The notes beneath the pieces were generated by a model. That model was not told the origin of the DNA, searched no databases, and worked only from the letters and a program-made list of their open reading frames with translations. A program made the translations under genes and the position numbers. 34,744 bases of DNA from a virus (lineage: Duplodnaviria; Heunggongvirae; Uroviricota; Caudoviricetes). Location of the stretch: the IMG/VR virus record IMGVR_UViG_2574180160_000007; one strand, 5' to 3'. Positions 28,536-34,744 of the stretch are shown one piece after another; position 1 is the first letter of the stretch; each line of letters starts with the position of its first letter.

Positions 28536-29026
28536 GTATCCTCCGGATAATAAAAAGCCAGCTTAGTGCACTGAGTGCGGATATATTCCTGCGCCCCTTC
28601 CAGCTGCTTCTGCATTGTCATCAACCGTTCTCTGAGGATGAAATAATCCCGTTCAGCGGTGTCTGCCAGTCGGGGGCCGGTTGCATTATCCACGCTGGAG
28701 GTGCCGGTGGCTTCACGCACGGTACCGGGGCAGGTGGCGTTGACCCGCAGGCGCTTACGACCAGCGGCAACATCAGCGCGCAGAGTTTCATTTTCAGCTC
28801 TCGCATCGGCTAATTCCTTCGTGTATCTGGCATCAAGCGCAGCGACATCTCGCTGGCGCTGCTGCATGTCAGTAATAGTGGCATTCGCCAGTTTCAGCTC
28901 ACTGACTTTTTTATCGCGCTGCGCTTTGTAGGTGATGGCGTTATCGCGGTAATGATTCAGCCCCAGACTAAGCACACCACAGGCTACCAGCAGGACAATA
29001 ATCACCACACACAGAACACGGTTCAT
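28532..29026 (-). CDS. Rz: Rz i-spanin (start at MNRVLCVV)
   Basis: ..[68 protein letters not shown]...[32 protein letters not shown] closely matches lambda Rz. Confidence 0.9.
28621..28806 (-). CDS. Rz1: Rz1 o-spanin lipoprotein, embedded in Rz in the +1 frame
   Basis: [22 protein letters not shown]...[32 protein letters not shown]: lipobox LVVSAC and Pro-rich motif as in lambda Rz1. Confidence 0.85.
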   Translation of the reverse strand: MRELKMKLCALMLPLVVSACGSTPPAPVPCVKPPAPPAWIMQPAPDWQTPLNGIISSSENG

Positions 29027-29244
29027 ATCACCACCAACGGATTGCCCAGACCAGAACAGCAATGGCCACAATACGAATGGCAAATGCCATTGCCCGAATA
29101 AGTTCAGCACTCATCTTTTTAAAGTTCACGATTTCAGCGCAATGACCAGTTTTGCCAGCCCATACAGCATCGGAGACACAGCAATACCAACAGCCACCCA
29201 CTTAATAGCAAAAGCCAGCGCTCTGCTGATGTCATCAGTCACTG

Positions 29245-29376
29245 TCACCCCAGCAGCCCCGACGAAGACAACATCACCCAGGCGAAGGACAGAAAAAGAG
29301 CAACCAGCATTAGTGAAAATGAAATACCGACAATCACACACAGGACCTTTGCCGGCGTTATGAGTTTGTCTGACAT
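29245..29376 (-). CDS. Candidate 43-aa hydrophobic peptide (MSDKLITPAKVLCVIVGISFSLMLVALFLSFAWVMLSSSGLLG)
   Basis: ATG preceded by AAGGGG Shine-Dalgarno; single predicted transmembrane helix; an adjacent frame encodes a second hydrophobic segment (..AFAIKWVAVGIAVSPMLYGLAKLVIALKS). Confidence 0.3.
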   Translation of the reverse strand: MSDKLITPAKVLCVIVGISFSLMLVALFLSFAWVMLSSSGLLG

Positions 29377-29378
29377 AG

Positions 29379-29474
29379 CTACCCCTTAATTGCCACAATT
29401 AACTGGGATACTACCCATAAAAAAGGGATGCTCCAGACCAGCAAAAATTTCCAGTTTGGTAATTGACTAATCAT
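29379..29474 (-). CDS. Candidate 31-aa hydrophobic peptide (MISQLPNWKFLLVWSIPFLWVVSQLIVAIKG)
   Basis: ATG with GGGAG upstream; stop 2 nt before the next peptide ORF. Confidence 0.25.
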   Translation of the reverse strand: MISQLPNWKFLLVWSIPFLWVVSQLIVAIKG

Positions 29475-29540
29475 GAGTCGCAACTCCCTAATCAGTTTGC
29501 TAAAATCAATCAAGGCAGCCTCCCATAGCTTACTGCCATA

Positions 29541-29580
29541 AAAACAAAACCCCGCTTGCTGCCAACAAACGGGGTTTTTA
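29541..29580. terminator. Bidirectional intrinsic terminator between the endolysin and the small-peptide/Rz region
   Basis: AAACCCCG-15 nt loop-CGGGGTTT with T-runs on both sides. Confidence 0.5.
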
Positions 29581-29668
29581 CTTTTATTCACTTACATTTT
29601 GCCAGTTCGCAGGATTTCGTGTTATCCATCCGCCTTGGCCAACGTCATTTATTAGCAAAATATTCTGC

Positions 29669-30202
29669 TTATCTGTCGATTCCCCAGCACGCCAGCGCGC
29701 TCTCCTGGTCACGACGGGATACCTGACCGTAACAGTTATTTGAGCGAATACGGCAGTCCCTGCCACCGTCCTTAATCCACCAGCGAATCGCCTCACACGC
29801 TCCCCTGCGATCACCTGCATTAATTCGTTTATAAAACGTCGACGGAAAACACTTACCGGGGCCAATGTTGTACGGACAGAATGACGCGATCCCCGCTTTC
29901 TGGGGTTCACTCAATGGCACTCTGATGTTTTTCTCCACCCATGCCAGCGCCTTATCACGCTCAATGGCGTTAACCCGGTCGCATTTTTCCTTCGACAACT
30001 TCATGCCAGGAACGACAGGTTTGCCATCCACCAGGATGGCACCGCGGCAGATGGTCCAGATACCCGCGCCATCACGGTATGCCGTGGTGTGGTTACCTTC
30101 CTTTTCATCCAGAAACTGGTCGAGAATGTCAGGCGCAGGCGCACCAGCGGCAATCAGCGCCAGAACGGCAGCCGACAGGCCGTATTTGATTTTGGTGTTC
30201 AT
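29669..30202 (-). CDS. R: SAR endolysin (T4-lysozyme/GH24 family, signal-anchor-release type)
   Basis: Gly/Ala-rich weakly hydrophobic N-terminus YGLSAAVLALIAAGAPAP followed by catalytic E-x8-D-x5-T (EGNHTTAYRDGAGIWT). Confidence 0.9.
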   Translation of the reverse strand: MNTKIKYGLSAAVLALIAAGAPAPDILDQFLDEKEGNHTTAYRDGAGIWTICRGAILVDGKPVVPGMKLSKEKCDRVNAIERDKALAWVEKNIRVPLSEPQKAGIASFCPYNIGPGKCFPSTFYKRINAGDRRGACEAIRWWIKDGGRDCRIRSNNCYGQVSRRDQESALACWGIDR

Positions 30203-30265
30203 GGATATTTATCAGGATTTATCGGTTTCTGCCCACGGACAGGTTTATCTGTTCCGGTCAGTGAC

Positions 30266-30616
30266 TTAAGGTTGTGATTCCGGAGGAGTCTTCAGAGAAC
30301 CAGTAATTATTCCCGGTAGCTTTCCTTTGTAGGTTATCCATACATTCTGCGCCTCTAAAATTACGGGGCGCTTTTCCGGCGACTGCTCATCCCCTTCACA
30401 TAACCCGGCAGCAACATCCAGGAAGACCTGTCTGATGCTCCTTCTGGCTGCTGCCTCATAAAACTCCAGCGTGGCACCTTCAACACGGTCCAGCGAGATG
30501 TCCAGGTCAAAAATTTCACCGTCAAAGCGTTTTTTGTCCCGTAACGCTAAAGTTACCGTAACTTTATTCTCAAAATTGCGGATCCCTTTCACAATCAGTT
30601 CATAGTTTTGAGTCAT
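30266..30616 (-). CDS. DUF1327-like (YdfR-like) protein between holin and endolysin
   Basis: 116 aa MTQNYELIVKGIRNFENKVTVTLALRDKKRFDGEIFDLD...; same position as ydfR in E. coli Qin-type lysis cassettes, from memory. Confidence 0.55.
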   Translation of the reverse strand: MTQNYELIVKGIRNFENKVTVTLALRDKKRFDGEIFDLDISLDRVEGATLEFYEAAARRSIRQVFLDVAAGLCEGDEQSPEKRPVILEAQNVWITYKGKLPGIITGSLKTPPESQP

Positions 30617-30620
30617 TGAA

Positions 30621-30836
30621 TTACTCTCCCCGTGCAGCCTTACGACGGTCCTCTCTGATTTTGAAATACAGGTTAGTCAGATATGTCAGCAGCCCAAACA
30701 GCAGACTCCCCAGCACGCCTATTGCCGCCCACTGAGACGGGGAAACCCTGTCCAGCAACTGCAGGAACCAGTAGCCCGTTCCCACCGCTGACGTGGTGTA
30801 TGACACACCTGTTGTGATTTTTTCCATCTGGTACAT
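30621..30836 (-). CDS. S: Class II pinholin, S21-like, dual start (71-aa form from MYQMEK; 68-aa form from the internal Met at 30827)
   Basis: [68 protein letters not shown] matches phage 21 S21 (..[36 protein letters not shown]). Confidence 0.85.
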   Translation of the reverse strand: MYQMEKITTGVSYTTSAVGTGYWFLQLLDRVSPSQWAAIGVLGSLLFGLLTYLTNLYFKIREDRRKAARGE

Positions 30837-30869
30837 ACCCCGTCTCCCGTTATCCGGAAGCTGACAACA

Positions 30870-30902
30870 ATAAAAAAAGCCACCAGTTAAGTACTGATGG
30901 CT
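30870..30902 (-). terminator. Intrinsic terminator between nanS-p and the holin gene
   Basis: Minus strand AGCCAUCAG-UACUUAA-CUGGUGGCU followed by UUUUUUU, about 35 nt before the holin start. Confidence 0.55.
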
Positions 30903-30986
30903 CTGATAACTCATGCAGGCATCTCAGACGACCCACTGACACTACCGGTGAGTTTAACGATACCTTCCATTTGACTGGCTCACTTT

Positions 30987-32858
30987 TTATGATGATGCCG
31001 GTGCATTTATCTCCAGCACCAGACTTTCTATCTCAACGCCATACGCTGCATTTTTGGTAATATCCGTCAGCGTCAGCGCATTCAGCCCCAGTGTCAGACT
31101 GTCTTTTATGACCTGGAATGCCGGGCCAGCCACTCCATTCAGTTTCGGAGTAACCGTGGCACTGCCGGCGGTGAACACCAGCTCCAGCGTCTGCCAGTCG
31201 TTACTGTAATTCCCGAACTCGCCCAACTTTGTGTTTCCGGCTTTCTTGTGATGCATCAGATTCAGTTTGCCGTCTGTGGTCTGGGTGAAGAACGACATCA
31301 GGAACGGGTTACCAGTCCCGGTCATCGCCACGACGTCAGGTAACGCTACATCGGTATACAGATAAATTCCCAGACCGAACTGGTTGTTGGTCAGTGCGCC
31401 TGACAGTCGAAACTTACAGCTCAGTCTGCCACCCCGTGTCAGCAGGGAGACCGCGTCATCCACCGGATGCATCAGGGACCAGGTTTTATTGCTCTGCTTG
31501 GTAACCTTAAACACACCATCTTCCAGCGCAACACTGCCGCCGGTGATGGTCCAGCCCTGCGCAGCAGCCTCTCCGGCTGTCGGCAGCAGGGAGACTGTAC
31601 GAACGGATGTGTCACCATCAGACGGCCCCGATGGCGTGTCGCCGCCGGGCGAGGGTTTAATCTCCGGTGCGGTACCGCTGATGAAGGCGCTGGTTCGACC
31701 AACTGCGTTCAGAATAGCGGTTGCCAGGCGATCCGAAATAATGCCCCTGCGCGCCCATGAACTGAAATGTGTCGGACGATTTGACGATACCCAATTACCA
31801 TTACTACGGGATTGCGCGCCGTAATAACCTGCATCAGCAATATCCGGGTCTTCTGCCGGTAAGTTGGTGGGCGTGTTGTTGCCGTTACCGTCGGTCATGA
31901 ACGGCACAAAGAAAACGTTGTCGCTCTCCCTGTTTTTGTACGCGCCGTAGACGGAGTCATACTGTGTGCCGTATGTGTTTTTCCAGTAATACGTCGTGTC
32001 GCCACAAATCCACGGTACAACTGCAGCACTGCCGCCATGGCACTGCGCGTTAAATCCGGAAAGGTCAGTACGGAACTGCTTCAGCATGGCCGTGAACAGG
32101 TCCGGTTGCTGTGCGTAGGTGGCAGCGCTCATGTCAAATTCGCCCTGCATCCAGCACACCGCCAGCAACACATTTTTCGGGTTCTTCTGTAATGCCGCTT
32201 TGGTGCGTGCGATCAGGTCCTGATATAACGGTTTACCCACACCCCAGCGTGCCGAATCCTGGCTGGCCCCCGTGTCCGCACTGAATGTCCCCTCCGCGCC
32301 CTGGGTGAATGCCGAACCACCACGACAGCATGGTACCAGCAGGATCCCCGCGTTATTCGGGATATACGGAAGCAGTTTTTTGGCAATATGTAAGCCCTGG
32401 CCGACACAGCCGTACTGCCCTTTGCTCAGGTCTGCCTTCGGATGATTCAGTGCGCTCATATCCTGAACATCATGCAGGCAGTGGTCTGCCGGAATGATGT
32501 CGTTAAATGCGCATGCTTTACCACCGGGAGTCACTGTGTTGCGACGGGCCAGTTGCTTAATGCGTGGGTGGGGCGCATCGTAAGAATCCGGAAGCGGAAG
32601 CCCTTCACCGTAAGCCATGGCATTGGATTGCCCGGCCAGTACGATGACGTAGTACCACTCCGGCTCAGTTGCACCACTGACGACCACATCACCTTCTGCT
32701 GCAATCGCCTGCATCAGGGTATAAGGGGTTATGGCCACCGGACTACCAAACGGCTGCCAGCCCTCTTTCAGTTTATGTGTCAGCTTTTCCGCAAGATCTG
32801 ACGGCGACGCCGCCCTGACAACATCATAGTGTTTAAATGCCATGGTTCTTTCCACCAT
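30987..32858 (-). CDS. nanS-p: Prophage-type sialate O-acetylesterase (NanS-p-like: DUF1737 N-terminus, SASA/SGNH esterase core, C-terminal carbohydrate-binding-like domain)
   Basis: 623 aa; N-terminus MAFKHYDVVRAASPSDLAEKLTHKLKEGWQPFGSPV; esterase block VIVLAGQSNAMAYGEG; located immediately upstream of the lysis cassette as in Stx phages. Confidence 0.8.
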   Translation of the reverse strand: MVERTMAFKHYDVVRAASPSDLAEKLTHKLKEGWQPFGSPVAITPYTLMQAIAAEGDVVVSGATEPEWYYVIVLAGQSNAMAYGEGLPLPDSYDAPHPRIKQLARRNTVTPGGKACAFNDIIPADHCLHDVQDMSALNHPKADLSKGQYGCVGQGLHIAKKLLPYIPNNAGILLVPCCRGGSAFTQGAEGTFSADTGASQDSARWGVGKPLYQDLIARTKAALQKNPKNVLLAVCWMQGEFDMSAATYAQQPDLFTAMLKQFRTDLSGFNAQCHGGSAAVVPWICGDTTYYWKNTYGTQYDSVYGAYKNRESDNVFFVPFMTDGNGNNTPTNLPAEDPDIADAGYYGAQSRSNGNWVSSNRPTHFSSWARRGIISDRLATAILNAVGRTSAFISGTAPEIKPSPGGDTPSGPSDGDTSVRTVSLLPTAGEAAAQGWTITGGSVALEDGVFKVTKQSNKTWSLMHPVDDAVSLLTRGGRLSCKFRLSGALTNNQFGLGIYLYTDVALPDVVAMTGTGNPFLMSFFTQTTDGKLNLMHHKKAGNTKLGEFGNYSNDWQTLELVFTAGSATVTPKLNGVAGPAFQVIKDSLTLGLNALTLTDITKNAAYGVEIESLVLEINAPASS

Positions 32859-33103
32859 CTGAAAAATGATTCTTTAAAATACCTGACATGTAATACAGAA
32901 AAAACACAAAACCATACCTTAATTAAAAACCTCATCATCAAGCAGATATGCATGGATAAACTACAAGACGAGATATAAACCACCCTGCATTTAAATAAAC
33001 AATAAACAACATCAGAAAAATAATTCTGCTCTATGGTTTACAATCAAAAATATCATTTATACTTTTCAGAACATCACCAGCAAGGCATAAACAAGGAAAC
33101 TAA

Positions 33104-33439
33104 ATGAAGTGGATTGTGATTGATACAGTTATCCAGCCATCATGCGGAATATCTTTTTCAGTCATATGGAGTAAAATAAAATTAATAATCTGGTATCAAT
33201 CGGATGCTTTCTTACCTCCTGAAAGTATATTTACACTGACTCACACAGGCATCATGCTCAATAACAAAGTGCTGCCTGTAACCATTTACAACGTAGTACC
33301 ATTCAATAAAACATTCTGGAATTTAATCAAAAACAGCCAGGAATGCCCTACAAATACAGATAACGTATTGAATGAATGCTTTAATAACCGTTGCACTCTG
33401 CAAATATGTCCTTATGGGCTAAAACAACAAAGTCCATAA
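33104..33439 (+). CDS. Hypothetical 111-aa Cys-containing protein, AT-rich, divergent from the late operon (cargo in the stx slot)
   Basis: ATG with AAGGAAA Shine-Dalgarno; upstream TTTACA/TATACT-like promoter elements; strongly AT-rich relative to neighbours; no family recognised. Confidence 0.4.
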   Translation: MKWIVIDTVIQPSCGISFSVIWSKIKLIIWYQSDAFLPPESIFTLTHTGIMLNNKVLPVTIYNVVPFNKTFWNLIKNSQECPTNTDNVLNECFNNRCTLQICPYGLKQQSP

Positions 33440-33475
33440 GGAGTTTACTCACATCTGACAAAATCAATATAAACA

Positions 33476-33498
33476 GCCCCTCCGGAGAGGGGCTGGAG
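33476..33498 (-). terminator. GC-rich hairpin (CAGCCCCTC-CGGA-GAGGGGCTG) with T-run on the minus strand
   Basis: Perfect 9-bp stem, 4-nt loop; on the minus strand followed by UUUAUAUUGAUUUU. Confidence 0.4.
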
Positions 33499-33886
33499 AG
33501 TGGCGCTATGTGCCATTGCATGGTGCCGGGTGCCTCCCGGTGAATTCAGTACCAGCACCTGAATCCGCGATTATCCCATATACCTACTCGCTGATTGCCC
33601 CTCCGCACAGGGGGATTCACCATGCCAGTTTCTTTTAACAAACTCCCCGCAAACCAGACAACAGTCAACCGCCTGAATTGTGAAGTATTTAAAAATTTCT
33701 CCCGCTAACTGATACCCGGCTAACAGTCTGGCGTTTTCTTTTTCAGCAACGGGAAAGCAGCAACCACCACACCCGCCACCAGCACACCGTCAGCCAGCAC
33801 TGACATTATCCGGCTGCTGCAATGCCATTCACAAAAACAGTAAGCAATCACTTTTTACCGTAACCGGTGATAATCCAGATATGTAT

Positions 33887-34213
33887 CTACCCCAGATGAG
33901 TAATCCGAAGTTCATCCATACCACAGGTCCTGGCTATTCTGTTGTACTCCTGAACAAGAGCAAATAATTCTGAATTAGCCACCATGAACTCATCGCAAAC
34001 CCTCTGTATAGCATCACTATTCAGAATAATAACGTCTCTTCCCGAAAGACGATCAGGAGTACAGAACAAAACTGTCAAACGGCTGAAGGCCTTTGCTCGT
34101 TCTGCATTGACTATATCAATACGCTGCCTAAGGATGAAACACCCCGACGCCTCATCAATATTCACTCTACCCACACCATATGAATGATAAATATTTAATG
34201 CTGAAAAAACCAT
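33887..34213 (-). CDS. Hypothetical 108-aa protein downstream of tRNA-Arg (cargo in the stx slot)
   Basis: ORF MVFSALNIYHSYGVGRVNIDEASGCFILRQRIDIVNAERAKAFSRL...; weak RBS; no family recognised. Confidence 0.35.
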   Translation of the reverse strand: MVFSALNIYHSYGVGRVNIDEASGCFILRQRIDIVNAERAKAFSRLTVLFCTPDRLSGRDVIILNSDAIQRVCDEFMVANSELFALVQEYNRIARTCGMDELRITHLG

Positions 34214-34350
34214 TAGACCGTATAACAAACACTCAATCAACACTTAACAGAACTTTTATTTTTGACAAACATATAATATTTTCAACAATATCCTGAGCCA
34301 GGTATATTTCAGTATAAGGCTCTGCCGAAAGGAATCTGGAAGAATGAATA

Positions 34351-34427
34351 TGGCGCGCTGTACTGGATTCGAACCAGTGACCGATTGCTTAGAAGGCAAT
34401 TGCTCTGTCCGGCTGAGCTAACAACGC
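34351..34427 (-). tRNA. tRNA-Arg (anticodon UCU), phage-borne (argN/argO-like)
   Basis: Minus strand GCGTTGT-TA-GCTC-AGCCGGACA-GAGC-A-ATTGC-CTTCTAA-GCAAT-CGGTC-ACTGG-TTCGAAT-CCAGT-ACAGCGC-G-CCA folds as a canonical 77-nt cloverleaf with TCT anticodon. Confidence 0.85.
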
Positions 34428-34744
34428 TGAATACCGATAATGGACCGCCATCGGGGACCCGCCCCATAAGCGCTAACTTAAGGGTTGAACCATCTGAAGA
34501 ATGCGACGCCTCGGTGCCTCGTTAAGACGATGCCTCGCGTTCTTCAATTGCGTTTTGTAGGCTGTCAGGGATACTGTCCCACGAATGGCCACCTGTAAGC
34601 TCCAGATGACCATTTTTGTTATTCTCCACAACGAGTTAGTTCTTCTTTTCGGATCCGGCACTTCTGGGGGGGAAATCCAGCGATGGCTGGATTATGTCGT
34701 CAATTAAAAATGCGGCGAGTAGATTAGCAAATATCCACGCTTTC

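Noticed and set aside
33720-33810. 28-aa hydrophobic peptide ORF (MSVLADGVLVAGVVVAAFPLLKKKTPDC) on the minus strand in the stx-slot spacer
   Set aside because: Too short and without a convincing RBS to call from sequence alone; noted only as a possible small membrane peptide
34430-34530. Possible second tRNA next to tRNA-Arg (GGGGCGGGTCCCC hairpin and a GGTTCAACCC T-loop-like motif)
   Set aside because: No cloverleaf could be built with a correctly spaced T-arm, acceptor stem and CCA end; may be a degraded tRNA remnant but is not supportable
1-34744. CRISPR arrays, rRNA genes, integrase or recombinase genes
   Set aside because: No regularly spaced short direct repeats with unique spacers, no rRNA-like sequence and no tyrosine/serine recombinase ORF were found; the only tandem repeats are the coding 162-bp units at 20440-21270

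Overview
This 34.7-kb window is the tail-fibre-proximal (attR-side) end of a lambdoid prophage joined to an Escherichia/Shigella-type chromosomal segment. Left edge: a truncated IS1 copy (1-237, minus) sits about 38 bp upstream of the stress operon yciG-yciF-yciE (plus strand), followed by an intrinsic terminator and a 3'-terminal fragment of ompW (about 1653-1769, minus) that marks the prophage/chromosome junction. From about 1770 onward everything is prophage, with the late operon on the minus strand (transcribed right to left): tRNA-Arg(UCU), an AT-rich cargo slot where stx sits in Stx phages, a NanS-p-like sialate O-acetylesterase, a P21-type lysis cassette (S21-like pinholin with dual start, DUF1327-like ORF, SAR endolysin, Rz/Rz1), HNH endonuclease, a cos-like region, TerS, TerL, an HK97-type prohead protease-major capsid fusion, portal, a 461-aa protein with near-perfect 162-bp tandem repeats, head-tail connector/closure proteins, then a lambda-type tail module (U-like, V, G and G-T with an A_AAA_AAG -1 frameshift site, tape measure H, M, L, K, I, J), Lom, side tail fibre Stf and Tfa. 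Beyond Tfa, a plus-strand AT-rich class I SAM-methyltransferase moron lies between two direct copies of the tfa 3' end. No CRISPR array, rRNA or integrase is present. The candidates most worth a second look are the methyltransferase moron, the cargo ORFs in the stx slot, a small-membrane-peptide insertion between endolysin and Rz, and a promoter-terminator unit antisense to the I-J junction. Functional calls rest on my recognition of protein families and on gene order; no database search was run. CDS coordinates are anchored on the supplied ORF track; coordinates of non-coding elements are approximate (a few nt).
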